From an uncultured Microscillaceae bacterium (GTDB taxonomy: Bacteria; Bacteroidota; Bacteroidia; Cytophagales; Microscillaceae), in NCBI GenBank assembly GCA_963922455.1, contig CAWUIO010000006.1:1255-65254 (forward strand): a stretch of DNA of 64,000 nt. The letters are read 5' to 3'. Made by a program: the position numbers and the translations under genes. Shown here in pieces: positions 1 to 9,685 of the stretch. How positions within the stretch are numbered: position 1 is the stretch's first letter; every line of letters starts with the position of its first letter. The notes beneath the pieces were generated by a model that was not told where the DNA came from, made no database searches, and worked only from the letters and a program-made list of their open reading frames with translations.

Positions 1-207
1 GATGGGGCCCCTAAGTGCCGGGAGGTCTTAGGGGCTTCCCCACAGGCTTTCTTTTTGGAGGCATTCCCCCCCACGGCCCAAGCCGTGGGGCGCTTGGCCT
101 ACCCAAAATTTCTGGACCAAGCTTGGGAAGATGTGGCTTATTTTGAGCCTTTTTATTTAAAAGATTTTGTGGCTACCATCCCCAAAAACAAATTTTTGAA
201 GCGCTAA
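1..207 (+). CDS. 3' end of a gene running in from upstream; C-terminus resembles TsaB (tRNA t6A complex dimerization subunit)
   Basis: Frame 1 is open from base 1 to TAA at 205-207. The tail ...AYFEPFYLKDFVATIPKNKFLKR resembles Bacteroidota TsaB C-termini. Confidence 0.4.
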   Translation, partial: DGAPKCREVLGASPQAFFLEAFPPTAQAVGRLAYPKFLDQAWEDVAYFEPFYLKDFVATIPKNKFLKR

Positions 208-216
208 TATCAACTT

Positions 217-729
217 ATGGAAGAAATCGTCAACCGGGTAGCCAATAGTTCCCTGATTAGTCTTGACTTAGAAGAATACTACCCCCAAGGAGAGCGGGTT
301 TTGTATGACCTGAAAGACAATCTGTTTCAAGGTTTAATTTTAAGGGAAAAAGATTTTCGGGAGTTTGTAAAAAACCACGACTGGAGTGCCTACCAAGATA
401 AGAATGTGGCCCTCACCTGTAGCGCCGATGCCATCGTGCCAACTTGGGCCTATATGCTTTTGGCCCTTAAACTTGAGCCTTATGCCGCCCACGTGGCCTT
501 TGGCACCTTAGAAGATTTGGAAAATATACTTTTTCAAAAGGCACTGGATCAAATAAATCCGGAAGCGTACCAGGATAAAAAAGTAGTGGTGAAGGGTTGC
601 AGCAATTTACCAGTGCCCGCCTTTGCCTATGTAGAACTTACGCGCAAGCTCCGCCCCTACGTAGCCACCTTGATGTACGGAGAACCTTGTAGCACGGTTC
701 CCCTTTACAAAAAGCCCAAAAACAAATAA
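217..729 (+). CDS. Conserved hypothetical protein, DUF2480-like
   Basis: 170-aa ORF with an ATG start, tightly packed between neighbours. Size and sequence style match the Bacteroidota DUF2480 family as I recall it. Confidence 0.55.
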   Translation: MEEIVNRVANSSLISLDLEEYYPQGERVLYDLKDNLFQGLILREKDFREFVKNHDWSAYQDKNVALTCSADAIVPTWAYMLLALKLEPYAAHVAFGTLEDLENILFQKALDQINPEAYQDKKVVVKGCSNLPVPAFAYVELTRKLRPYVATLMYGEPCSTVPLYKKPKNK

Positions 730-733
730 TTGC

Positions 734-1213
734 GTGGAGCCTCAAAACATCCATTATCTTAAGGGAGACGCTACGTCTCCAATAGGGAAGGGCCCTCGCA
801 TAATTGCCCATATCTGTAACGATATAGGCGGCTGGGGCAAGGGATTTGTCCTGGCCTTATCCAAAAAATGGAAAGCCCCCGAACAGGAGTACAGAGCATG
901 GCATGCCGAAGGGAAAGACTTTGCTCTGGGAGCTATCCAAATGATAGAGGTAGCGCCTGAAATCTGGGTAGCCAATAGGATAGCCCAGCATAAGGTCCGG
1001 TCTCAAAACGGTGTTCCTCCTATCCGTTATGATGCTTTAGAAAAAGCTTTGGGCCAACTGGCTCTATTTGCCCTAGAACATAAAGCCGAAGTTCACGGGC
1101 CGCGTATGGGGGCTGGGCTGGCCGGGGGAGATTGGGAGAAAATTGAAGCGCTTTTACTAAAAAACCTCTGTCAAACAGGAATCAAGGTATTTATTTATGA
1201 TTTTATGCCCTAA
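734..1213 (+). CDS. Macro domain protein (ADP-ribose binding/hydrolase)
   Basis: GTG start. Motifs GDATSP...IIAHICNDIGGWGKGFVLALS and GPRMGAGLAGGDW are typical of the macro-domain fold. Confidence 0.6.
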   Translation: MEPQNIHYLKGDATSPIGKGPRIIAHICNDIGGWGKGFVLALSKKWKAPEQEYRAWHAEGKDFALGAIQMIEVAPEIWVANRIAQHKVRSQNGVPPIRYDALEKALGQLALFALEHKAEVHGPRMGAGLAGGDWEKIEALLLKNLCQTGIKVFIYDFMP

Positions 1214-1301
1214 ATTCAACTGTTACTTTAAGGGTTTCGTTTTCAATATTTCTTGCCTCTTATCTCTGTTACCCATTAGTCCCGGTTCCCGGTTCCCAAA
1301 T

Positions 1302-1432
1302 GGCTTAGGGATAGAGCGGCATGTTTGAGCTCGTGGGGGCCTGGTGGGGAAAGGCAGCGAGTAGCGAAAGCCCGACCCGCGCGGCTACTCACGTTAATTT
1401 GTCAATCTTTTTTGAGCGCGCGGGGAAGCCCC
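1302..1432 (+). repeat. Family-1 dispersed palindromic repeat, copy 1 (forward)
   Basis: GGCTTAGGGATAGAGCGGCATGTTTGAGCTCGTGGGGGCC...GGCAGCGAGTAGCGAAAGCCCGACCCGCGC, then a 35-nt unique segment, then GCGCGGGGAAGCCCC. Lies between convergent genes. Confidence 0.9.
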
Positions 1433-1437
1433 AATTT

Positions 1438-2289
1438 TTAATGACTAGATGAACGTATTTGTTCCTGTATGTACTGCTTGAGTATTTCTTGCAGCCTTTG
1501 GGTCTTAGGGCCAGGAGTTCCCTTTCCGATGCGGGTACTGTCCACCTGGACTACCGGAATAATCTCCGTACTCGTACCCGTTTTGAAAGCTTCGTCGGCC
1601 TGGGAAATCTCCTCTGGAGACAGCGGACGTTCTTCTACCGACATCATATCTTGAGCTAGGTCTAGAACCAACTGTCGGGTTATGCCCTTTAAGATATCGG
1701 TGTTGGGGGTGATGAGAGTATTTTCCCGGATGAGGAAGAAGTTACTTCGTGTACATTCGCTTACCTTTTGATCGTGGACAAAAAGCAGGTCTTGCGCTCC
1801 TACTTCGTTCATTTGGGGGCGCATCATATAGACGGGCAAGTAATGCGTGGTTTTGATTTCTGCTAGGGGGCGTACGTAGGCATAGCTCATCAATTTAAGC
1901 CCTTGGCGGTAATATTCCGGGGGTATCCTAGGAAGGTCTTCGCCTAAAATGAAAAAGTTAGGGGTGCCGGCAGAGCCTCCATCGGGGGTATAGCCCCCAC
2001 TCAATACCATCCTAAAGCCCATCTCTTGGCTTTTATCGGCTCTCAGATAGAGCATTTCGTCCAGGATCTCCCGGATTTCTTCTTCCTTGTACATCAAATA
2101 GAGCTGGGTAGCCCGGGCGGAACCTACGAGGCGTTGCCAGTGCTCTTCAAATTTGAAGGGTAGCCCCGAATAGGTGCGCAAATAATCAAATACGGCCCAA
2201 GCCCGAAGCAAGCCTAATTCGTTTAAACCAATCTTAGCCTCTTCTTGAGGTAGGAGCCGCCCATTGAGAAATACAAATTTTTGATCCAT
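1438..2289 (-). CDS. Class IV aminotransferase (branched-chain/D-amino-acid aminotransferase family)
   Basis: 283 aa. The N-terminus FLNGRLLPQEEAKIGLNELGLLRAWAVFDYLRTY and overall length fit fold-type IV PLP enzymes. Confidence 0.8.
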   Translation of the reverse strand: MDQKFVFLNGRLLPQEEAKIGLNELGLLRAWAVFDYLRTYSGLPFKFEEHWQRLVGSARATQLYLMYKEEEIREILDEMLYLRADKSQEMGFRMVLSGGYTPDGGSAGTPNFFILGEDLPRIPPEYYRQGLKLMSYAYVRPLAEIKTTHYLPVYMMRPQMNEVGAQDLLFVHDQKVSECTRSNFFLIRENTLITPNTDILKGITRQLVLDLAQDMMSVEERPLSPEEISQADEAFKTGTSTEIIPVVQVDSTRIGKGTPGPKTQRLQEILKQYIQEQIRSSSH

Positions 2290-2296
2290 GATGACA

Positions 2297-3559
2297 TTAA
2301 CGGTCTACCTCGCCTAATACCAAATCCAGGGAGCCTACGATGGCTACCAAATCGGCAATCATGACACCCCGGCTTATTTCGGGTAAAATGGATAAATTAT
2401 TAAAGCAGCAGGAGCGGGCTTTGCACCGGATGGGAACATCCGACCGGCCATCGCTACGAAAGTAAAAGCCCAGCTCTCCTTTGGGGTTTTCGGCCCGAGC
2501 ATAAAACTCCATGGCTTTGGGGCGTATTTTCTTAGGCACGAGGGCCTGGGGGTCAAAATCAGGGCTTCGTTGGTGTTCTTTGCCCAACTTCTCCAAGCAC
2601 TGCTCCATGATGCGCACCGACTCATAACATTCCCGCAAACGGACCCAGGTGCGGTCCCAACAGTCTCCGAGGGTGCCCATAGCTCCTTCGCCAATAGGTA
2701 CTTCAAATTCTAAATCTGGATAAACCGAGTAGCCCTCTACCCGGCGTAAGTCATAACGCAAGCCTGAGGCCCGTAGAATAGGGCCACTCACGCCATAGTT
2801 AATCGCCATCTCCAGAGGAATGGGGCCTACCTTGCCGGTTCTTTGAATAAAGATTTTGTTCTGTATGAGTAACTCTTCCGACTCTTTAAGTTTGGGCTTT
2901 AAATAAGCGCAAAATTCCTGACAACGTTCTTCAAAACCCAGGGGAAGGTCATAAAAAAGGCCCCCAACCCAGATATAATTATATAGCATACGGGCCCCAC
3001 ACAGCCATTCCAGCATACGCAGGATATGTTCCCGGTCCCGCATCATCCACAAGAAGGGGGTTACGGCCCCAATATCAACCCCGTAGGTGCCCATCGCTAC
3101 AAAGTGGGAGGCGATGCGGTTCATTTCGGCTACTAGTACCCGGATATATTCCACCCGGGGGGGCAGCTTTCCGTCCAGGCCCATCATTTTTTCTATCCCC
3201 ATGACGAAGGCGTGCTCGGAGTTCATGGCCGCCACATAGTCCATGCGGTCTACGTAAGGAATAATTTGATTAAAGGGAAGGGATTCGGCGTGCTTTTCAA
3301 AACAGCGATGGAGGTAGCCCAAATGAGGGACTACTTCTTGAATATATTCCCCATCGGTCACGACTTCTAAACGTAGTACACCATGGGTGGAGGGGTGTTG
3401 CGGACCGATATTGAGGATCATCTGCCCTTCTCCCAACTCCTCGAGCGAATATTTTAAGGGCTCAGAACGGGCCATATGCCCCGGCTCGAAGGTGTATTCA
3501 ATTTGCGGAGTTTGGTGTCTTTGATCAGGGTCTGGCCCTAGGTCAAGTGTGTTTGGCAT
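2297..3559 (-). CDS. nuoD: NADH-quinone oxidoreductase subunit D
   Basis: ILNIGPQHPSTHGVLRLE, the HRCFEK-type motif and the C-terminal ...IVGSLDLVLGEVDR are NuoD hallmarks. Start moved to the ATG at 3559 (MPNTLDLG), giving about 420 aa. The upstream 61 codons of the ORF track look non-coding. Confidence 0.9.
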   Translation of the reverse strand: MPNTLDLGPDPDQRHQTPQIEYTFEPGHMARSEPLKYSLEELGEGQMILNIGPQHPSTHGVLRLEVVTDGEYIQEVVPHLGYLHRCFEKHAESLPFNQIIPYVDRMDYVAAMNSEHAFVMGIEKMMGLDGKLPPRVEYIRVLVAEMNRIASHFVAMGTYGVDIGAVTPFLWMMRDREHILRMLEWLCGARMLYNYIWVGGLFYDLPLGFEERCQEFCAYLKPKLKESEELLIQNKIFIQRTGKVGPIPLEMAINYGVSGPILRASGLRYDLRRVEGYSVYPDLEFEVPIGEGAMGTLGDCWDRTWVRLRECYESVRIMEQCLEKLGKEHQRSPDFDPQALVPKKIRPKAMEFYARAENPKGELGFYFRSDGRSDVPIRCKARSCCFNNLSILPEISRGVMIADLVAIVGSLDLVLGEVDR

Positions 3560-3776
3560 GGGCAATGTTCGGCAAAAAGTGCTTAATGTTGGTATGACAA
3601 AGCCAAATATACATAGGTTTTTTGGGTTTGGAACAGGATCTGGTAAGCAAGTGGGCCGTTCTGGGATGGGACAATTCCCGATACATGCCTTGGGGTATTT
3701 ATGAATTGAACTTATTGCATAACAATTTGCCACCCAAAGCATTGGATATTATGTCAATCCTTTTTATTTTCGAGTA

Positions 3777-4607
3777 ATGTCAAAGTGCTTCAAAAAATAC
3801 CTGCTCTACTTTTTCATTTTGATTTTGGCCTTAGGTTGCCACGTAAGGTCGTACAATCATTATTTTAACGCCCAAAAGCTGTTGTATTTCCAAAAACCCG
3901 ATTCAGCTTTAAAGGAATTAAATCAATTGGAAGAACTCCAACCCGAATGGCCCCGGACCTACACTTTACGTAGTGAAGCGTATTCCATGATGGGAGATTA
4001 TCAAGCAGCCCTAGAGGATGTAAACAAAGCCCTTTCTTTGATACCAGATAATCCTCAAAAACAGGCAGAATTATTAACTTCACGGGCTTTTTTCCGTCAA
4101 AAAACGCTTGATTTAGAAGGAGCTGAACGAGATTATAAGGAAGCTAGCCGAGTAGCCCCCAAATATGTAAGTGCTTTCCTGGGCTTGGGTAATTTATATT
4201 TTCAGCAGAAACGATATGACCAGGCTATTGAAGCCTATGACCAGGCCATTGTGGTAAGACCCCATTTTACCGATGCCCTATTCAACCGAGCCATTGTGAA
4301 GTACATTCAAGGCAATTTTAGTGGGGCCATTGATGACTGCGACGTAGTCCTTAAAAAAGACTACAAGTATGATGCAGCCTTAAACTTCAGGGCTGTTCTC
4401 AAAATGCAATTAAATTTTTATAAGGGAGCCATCCGGGATTTGAACCGGGCCTTGGAATTAAATCCTCTGGCGGCACCTTACTATTACAATCGCTCCAGGT
4501 GTTACATGAAAATCAATAAATCTAGAAAAGCTTGCCGTGACTGGAAAAATGCTAAAAAATTTGGCTATTCTAGTATCGATCTTGATTTATCCATCCAATG
4601 TGACTAG
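3777..4607 (+). CDS. TPR-repeat lipoprotein
   Basis: Signal peptide with lipobox LALGC, followed by repeated TPR-like A/Y/L patterns. Confidence 0.75.
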   Translation: MSKCFKKYLLYFFILILALGCHVRSYNHYFNAQKLLYFQKPDSALKELNQLEELQPEWPRTYTLRSEAYSMMGDYQAALEDVNKALSLIPDNPQKQAELLTSRAFFRQKTLDLEGAERDYKEASRVAPKYVSAFLGLGNLYFQQKRYDQAIEAYDQAIVVRPHFTDALFNRAIVKYIQGNFSGAIDDCDVVLKKDYKYDAALNFRAVLKMQLNFYKGAIRDLNRALELNPLAAPYYYNRSRCYMKINKSRKACRDWKNAKKFGYSSIDLDLSIQCD

Positions 4608-4620
4608 TGGCTACAGCGTG

Positions 4621-5634
4621 TTAGAACCTATACGTCAATTGAATACTGGCATATTTATGCGTTTCTAAATCTTGCACTTCTCCTTGGGTGAGGTGCATAG
4701 CGTATCGAGAGCCTAAGCGACCCCGACTAAGATTTAATCCTGAAGAAAAGCCATACCCTAAACGCCGGAGATCCCAATTGGCCCCAAATGCTTCTTCTAA
4801 ATCTCCTCCGTGTACCGTTGCATGATTGGCTAAAAGCTGAGCGTGTCCTTCCAAATCTAAAAACACCTCCCATTTTCTTGATCTAGCTTCTTGCTTAGAT
4901 CCTAAATCTACCTGATAGCTTATGGATTGATCAAACGCTTTTAAACTTCCCAATCGTATCCTAAATCCGGGCTGAATAAAACTTGATTCTAAGCCTAACT
5001 GGGCCTTCATCTCGCTTATTACTTCCAAAAAACTACTAGAAAAAACGGGCCTTATCCAATCGAGCCTTAAGTTGAAGGCAAAGTGGTTCGGGATTTGATT
5101 TTCCCAACCTTGTGGCAAAGGCATAGAAAAAAGTTTGTGCACCAATCTTTGGGATTTTTCGGCTCCAGAGAGTGGCCCCACTACCCCAAACTCGGCCGAA
5201 ATCCTCCACAATTGGCCTTCCTGCAGAAGGACCAGCTCGGGTTTAGCGTAGAGCCAACCCGCATGGGGACGGTCCAGGTCCCTTACTCCTTCGGCTTCTT
5301 CAAAATTGCTGGAAGTGTAGCCTTCCTGGCCAATCCCTAAACCCCAAATAATCCTTTGGGTCTTCCGCGAATTAGAAGCATATAAAAATCTCCCTACCCT
5401 GGAGCGGGGAGAAATGTATTGACGATATTGAATAAAAGATCCAAAGGAATAATATCGATCAGTCCAAGAGCCCAAAAAAAAGAAATCATTGTCAGAGATC
5501 ACCCGAAGGCTACGGGTATACCGAGGTGCTTTCTGCTGGGACGGCAAAGAGCGATCTTGGCTGTAAGCACTGTGCCCTCCCCAAACAAAAAACAATAAAC
5601 TTGAAAACCAAAGTATGTAAAACTTACCTGGCAT
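4621..5634 (-). CDS. Outer-membrane beta-barrel protein, LpxR (lipid A deacylase)/DUF2219-like
   Basis: Signal peptide, an N-terminal motif ISDNDFFF...TDRYYSFG like the LpxR family, and a C-terminal aromatic residue (…LTYRF). Confidence 0.5.
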   Translation of the reverse strand: MPGKFYILWFSSLLFFVWGGHSAYSQDRSLPSQQKAPRYTRSLRVISDNDFFFLGSWTDRYYSFGSFIQYRQYISPRSRVGRFLYASNSRKTQRIIWGLGIGQEGYTSSNFEEAEGVRDLDRPHAGWLYAKPELVLLQEGQLWRISAEFGVVGPLSGAEKSQRLVHKLFSMPLPQGWENQIPNHFAFNLRLDWIRPVFSSSFLEVISEMKAQLGLESSFIQPGFRIRLGSLKAFDQSISYQVDLGSKQEARSRKWEVFLDLEGHAQLLANHATVHGGDLEEAFGANWDLRRLGYGFSSGLNLSRGRLGSRYAMHLTQGEVQDLETHKYASIQLTYRF

Positions 5635-5899
5635 GAATAAGGTAAATGGATTATAATGCTAATGTTTGCTATCACGTGGGGATAGGAGAACTTACATCCC
5701 TAAATTTAAATAGTAGGCTTAGGCGCTGCTTAAAATTGTGTAGACTCAACCAAGAAACTAGATAAAGGAAGGTGGCTTTCCCCAGGTGTATATTAATTTA
5801 ATCGGGAATAGGCTCCTAAGGTTTCAGTTTTGGCTACTTTAACAAATAAACGTACCTTGTGGATATAATATGTTATGATCTCATATCAGGCAATAGAAC

Positions 5900-6775
5900 C
5901 TATACCTTCTGACAGATAAATACGAAAGTACTTTTATAGGGATAGAGCTCCCAAAAATTACGCATCCAATAGCGCTTGGTTTCTGATTGCCCTGGTCGGA
6001 CGTGGTGGCCGTTTCTTAAGTGTAAAACCTTAAAGTTGTAGTATTTTTCTATGATTTTCCGCAACATAGAAGGCGTATAATAAAACAAATGGTGATTGGT
6101 ATCGTAATACTTGCCCACATTTTTTTTCCGAATACCAAGAACTTCAGAATAGTGCTTCAAACTACTCGAGAAGGACCGAATATTGGGAGAATCAATAAAC
6201 AGAATCCCTCCGGGCTTGAGAATGTGATGAATTTTCCTAAGATAATCCGCCGGATTTTTTGGGTGCTCTAAAACGTGGTGCATATAAACGGCATCGTACT
6301 TTTCGGCCGGGTATTCTACCTCTTCAAATTTTCCGTGACGCACGGTAATCCCTAAGCGTTTGGCAAGATCTGCTGTCGTATCTGGGTCTACATCGTAGCC
6401 CTCAGCATCCCAACCTCGCTCCAAAGCGGCTTCCAACTCCATTCCATCCCCACAACCAATAGAAAGCAGGCTCCCTTTGTTGCCATACTTCTCAATCAAA
6501 CTCAAGTAAAAATGGTGCCCCGCCAGTAAGGCTTCTCGCCAACCTACATCATTATCCCGATTGGTATCCAAATCAGTATAACGGCTATAATAATCGGCTA
6601 AGTGGGCATCGGTGTATTGAGGATTCATAAATTGAAGCCGGCAGTTTCCACAACGGTCAATCCGAATCCCTTTAAAATCTACTTTGTAAAAAGATATATT
6701 GTTTGATCCGCAAAGGGGGCAAGCTTCCAAAGCTTTATCAAATTCGGGTTTTGGGGAGAGTTCTTGTGTGTTCAT
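5900..6775 (-). CDS. Class I SAM-dependent methyltransferase with N-terminal zinc ribbon
   Basis: CPLCGS...CGNC zinc ribbon, SAM motif I LLSIGCGDGME, and a later ILKPGGILFI motif. Confidence 0.8.
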   Translation of the reverse strand: MNTQELSPKPEFDKALEACPLCGSNNISFYKVDFKGIRIDRCGNCRLQFMNPQYTDAHLADYYSRYTDLDTNRDNDVGWREALLAGHHFYLSLIEKYGNKGSLLSIGCGDGMELEAALERGWDAEGYDVDPDTTADLAKRLGITVRHGKFEEVEYPAEKYDAVYMHHVLEHPKNPADYLRKIHHILKPGGILFIDSPNIRSFSSSLKHYSEVLGIRKKNVGKYYDTNHHLFYYTPSMLRKIIEKYYNFKVLHLRNGHHVRPGQSETKRYWMRNFWELYPYKSTFVFICQKV

Positions 6776-6866
6776 AATATAAAATGGGACACCATATTAA
6801 GAATTTCTTTGGGATTATTCAATAAAATTGCTTGGTAACCGAGTCTTATCAAGCCTTATAAAAAAA

Positions 6867-6888
6867 CCGGGAGCCTTGGGGCTCCCGG
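6867..6888. terminator. Bidirectional rho-independent terminator hairpin
   Basis: CCGGGAGCC-TTGG-GGCTCCCGG, flanked by an A-run on the left and a T-run on the right. Lies downstream of the sigma/anti-sigma/DUF4097 operon. Confidence 0.55.
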
Positions 6889-6985
6889 TTTTTCGTAAAT
6901 CTAGGTTAATCGCACGTTTTCCGATTGAGAGAAAATCTTAGTTATATGGGTATTGCTGTATGAATGGGGATCAAAACCCCGCTTA

Positions 6986-8101
6986 TTATTTAAAAGTGAT
7001 ATTTCCGTACTTGGAATTAATATTGACTTGGGCATTTCCCCCGTTCCCTACCGTTCCTTCGTAAGAAGCCGAAGTATGGGTTTTTATTTCCTTGCTTAAA
7101 TTGCTGTTGTTCAAATAGTTTTTGAAGTTGGCAAAATTTACGTCTACGTCAAAGCTAAAACTGGCACCCGGAGCAAAGCCAACCTCCGTTTTGGCAAATT
7201 GCCCTTCAATATCAATGCTTTCAAAGTTGCTAGATACCGATTTGATGTTAAAAGGGCTATCATACTTCGTCGTGATATCCATACTTTTCTCGAGTGACCC
7301 AAGGTTAAATTTGGAGAAACTAGTGCGACCTTCCATACTGCCTACTTTATCAATCGTAAGAGAACCGTATTTATTGGCCAGCTGAATGCTTTGGGCTTCT
7401 TTGAGGGTCACATCCGAGAAGCTGGACGTTAGATTGATCGCTCCCGCCCTTTCCATATTCATAGAAGAATACGATACGACTACATCGCCTTGTTGGATAA
7501 AATCCAATTCTCCTTTACCAAAGCTAACTTTTACGTATTTCTTCTGGGCCCCTTCTACTCTTTGCAGTTTGAGGTTACCGTACCCTACTTGGACATCCAG
7601 CCTCCCCTTGTGGTTTCCTACGTAGGCATCGCCAAACTTATTACTAAGCGTTAAGGGCACATTTTCGGGCATAGAGATGGTATAGTTGATCTCAAACTCC
7701 TGGCTCTTTTTGTCCTTAACCTTAACCTTATCTTTTGAATTAAACATGCTAACCCCATTAGACCAGCTGTTTTCTGCTTTTTCATCAATCTTGGTCACAA
7801 ATTTCAAGTTATCCCCCCGGGTGATGTCTATTTGCACTCTTTCCAGGGTCTTAGCCACCGCCTCTGGGGTATTGGCTTTGGCGGTGATTACGGCCTCTAC
7901 CAAGATTTCCCGGCTATTGTTGGTGTTGATGTGTACCTTTCCAAATTTATTGGCAATGGTCAAGGTCGTATTGGCATTCACGGGGAAGCGGTCGCTCACT
8001 TTTCGCTCCCGTTCTAGCTTTTGAGCTTGCAGGGTATGAGCACTTACTAGTAGGCAGATACCCCAAACTAAACCGATTTTAAATTGTATCCAAGGTTTCA
8101 T
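6986..8101 (-). CDS. Secreted beta-strand repeat protein, DUF4097/putative adhesin-like
   Basis: Signal peptide and repeated KFG/KYG-x-hydrophobic strand units. Last gene of the ECF sigma operon and overlaps the anti-sigma stop. Confidence 0.5.
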   Translation of the reverse strand: MKPWIQFKIGLVWGICLLVSAHTLQAQKLERERKVSDRFPVNANTTLTIANKFGKVHINTNNSREILVEAVITAKANTPEAVAKTLERVQIDITRGDNLKFVTKIDEKAENSWSNGVSMFNSKDKVKVKDKKSQEFEINYTISMPENVPLTLSNKFGDAYVGNHKGRLDVQVGYGNLKLQRVEGAQKKYVKVSFGKGELDFIQQGDVVVSYSSMNMERAGAINLTSSFSDVTLKEAQSIQLANKYGSLTIDKVGSMEGRTSFSKFNLGSLEKSMDITTKYDSPFNIKSVSSNFESIDIEGQFAKTEVGFAPGASFSFDVDVNFANFKNYLNNSNLSKEIKTHTSASYEGTVGNGGNAQVNINSKYGNITFK

Positions 8102-8693
8102 TTTCTTCGGTATTTTTTAATTCCTGAATTTGTTTTAATATTTCTAATTGGCGATTTAGTATCTCGATTCGCATTTGCAGGTTTTGGATCATGGCTCCCA
8201 TCACTTCCTCGTCTGGCATTTCAAAAAACTCGGCTTTGAGTTGGGTGTACATAGAATCCAATTCATCCATACCGATTTGAAAATCGGGTGGCAGGTCACT
8301 TATCTGGGAAGCAAATTGGGCAATTTCCTGTCTTTTTTGCTCAATCACTAAGGTATAGTAGCTCTCCGCTTCGGCAAGTTCTGGGTTTACTTCGGCCAGG
8401 GGAACCGTATTTTCCTGGGCAGCCAATCCCCCCCCTTCATTCGTCTGGGAACCCTTCATTTGAAAGACCCCGTATACCCCCAGTAAGAGGAGAACGGCGG
8501 CGGCAATCCGCAAAGTAAAGGCCCGGCGAGGCTTCATCGGTATGACTTTGGCTTCAGATTCGAGGCCAGCATCTTCGTCGGCCTCCAATTGATCGGCAAT
8601 CTTCTCCCAAAGCCCGGCGGGCGTATCAAAGCGGTCTAATTCTCGCCGATTGTCCCGAATAAATTCTTCTAAGGCTTTTTCTGGCTTCTTCAT
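8079..8693 (-). CDS. Anti-sigma factor (single-pass membrane protein)
   Basis: Immediately downstream of the ECF sigma gene with a 1-nt gap. Has a central transmembrane segment (IAAAVLLLLGVYGVF) and an acidic N-terminus. Confidence 0.6.
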   Translation of the reverse strand: MKKPEKALEEFIRDNRRELDRFDTPAGLWEKIADQLEADEDAGLESEAKVIPMKPRRAFTLRIAAAVLLLLGVYGVFQMKGSQTNEGGGLAAQENTVPLAEVNPELAEAESYYTLVIEQKRQEIAQFASQISDLPPDFQIGMDELDSMYTQLKAEFFEMPDEEVMGAMIQNLQMRIEILNRQLEILKQIQELKNTEENETLDTI

Positions 8694-8694
8694 G

Positions 8695-9282
8695 TCAAGA
8701 TAAATTGATCATTTTAACTAATTTCTTTTTGGCCCGGTTGAATTGCGATTTGGAAGTAGACTCGCTAATTCCCATAATTTCGGAGATTTCGCGGTGGTCA
8801 TAGCCTTCCAGCAAGTATAAGGTCAGTACCGTACGGAAGCCATCGGGCAAATTTTGTATCGCTTCGTGTACTTGTTCTACTTGCATTTGGATTCCGTCGT
8901 CGCTGCCTGGACCCTCGTTGGAGTCATCTCGGAAATCCATTTCATCTACGGAGACCAAGGGTAATCGTTTTTTCTTTACGTGATTAATCGCTCGATTGAT
9001 CACGATCCGTTTGAGCCAGGCTCCAAAAGTGGCTTCCCCTTTAAAGGTGTGCAGCTTTCGGAAGGCGTCAATAAAGGCCTCTTGCAGTACATCTTCGGCA
9101 TCGTCGGCATTGTTGGTAATCCGCATGCAGATATTGTACATCGCCCGGGAATACAGCTTATATATTTTATATTGCGCTTTCCGGTCTCCCTGTTTACAGG
9201 CCTCTACCAGCTCCTGGTTAATGTCTTTGTATGGTGTAGTCAAAACTCTAAACATTTTCGCGCGCTTTCCGGTGTTTCCCAA
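8695..9282 (-). CDS. RNA polymerase ECF-type sigma-70 factor
   Basis: Region 2 (DAEDVLQEAFIDAFRKL...FGAWLKRIVINRAINHVKK) and region 4 (LPDGFRTVLTLYLLEGYDHREISEIMGISESTSKSQ) are both present. Confidence 0.9.
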   Translation of the reverse strand: MGNTGKRAKMFRVLTTPYKDINQELVEACKQGDRKAQYKIYKLYSRAMYNICMRITNNADDAEDVLQEAFIDAFRKLHTFKGEATFGAWLKRIVINRAINHVKKKRLPLVSVDEMDFRDDSNEGPGSDDGIQMQVEQVHEAIQNLPDGFRTVLTLYLLEGYDHREISEIMGISESTSKSQFNRAKKKLVKMINLS

Positions 9283-9386
9283 TTGCTTTCAGTGGAATGA
9301 CCGAGGGAAAACGCCATGGTTGCATATGGTTAAAAAATAAATTAAAAAATTCTTGGTCGCAATCCCACACCCTAGGAAAAGACTTT

Positions 9387-9517
9387 GGGGCTGCCCCCGG
9401 CGATTTCCGAATCTTTCGGATAGCCAGGCCAGTGCCGCCGGGGTCGGGCTTTCGCTACTCGCTGCCTTTCCCCGCAAGGCCTACACGAGCTCAAACAGGC
9501 CGCTCTATCCCTCAGCC
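9387..9517 (-). repeat. Family-1 dispersed repeat, copy 2 (reverse)
   Basis: Same module as copy 1, but the stem arms are CCCCGGCG/CGCCGGGG instead of CCCGCGC/GCGCGGG. Lies in a divergent intergenic region. Confidence 0.9.
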
Positions 9518-9685
9518 GATGGGGAAGAGAGAGCAGAGAAGCGGGAGGAGAGATTTTGGAGGGAGGAGCCGGAAAGGGATTGCTAAGACCATGTGGGAAA
9601 ATAATACCCCACCGCCGCGAGGCCCTTATCTCGTCAATGCAAAAGATAGCTATATTTGCCTAGATAGTCTAGGATAAACCAAATC

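Noticed and set aside
31-41. GGGGCTTCCCC word inside the first (TsaB-like) coding region, as a possible partial family-1 repeat.
   Set aside because: Only the 11-mer matches, no adjacent module is present, and the region reads as normal coding sequence.
3560-3742. 61-codon N-terminal extension of nuoD in the ORF track.
   Set aside because: NuoD homology starts at MPNTLDLG.... The extension is Cys/Pro-rich and overlaps the divergent promoter region.
9297-9677. ORFs running through family-1 repeats (9297-9677, 9353-9586, 15868-16290, 15876-16058, 29677-29925, 38778-39173, 39074-39313, 46728-46925). Several share a peptide like RAQTGRSIP(K/Q)P.
   Set aside because: The shared peptide is simply the translated repeat (GCTCAAACAGGCCGCTCTATCCCTAAGCC). 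The ORFs occur in both orientations and lack gene context, so they are artefacts of a GC-rich repeat.
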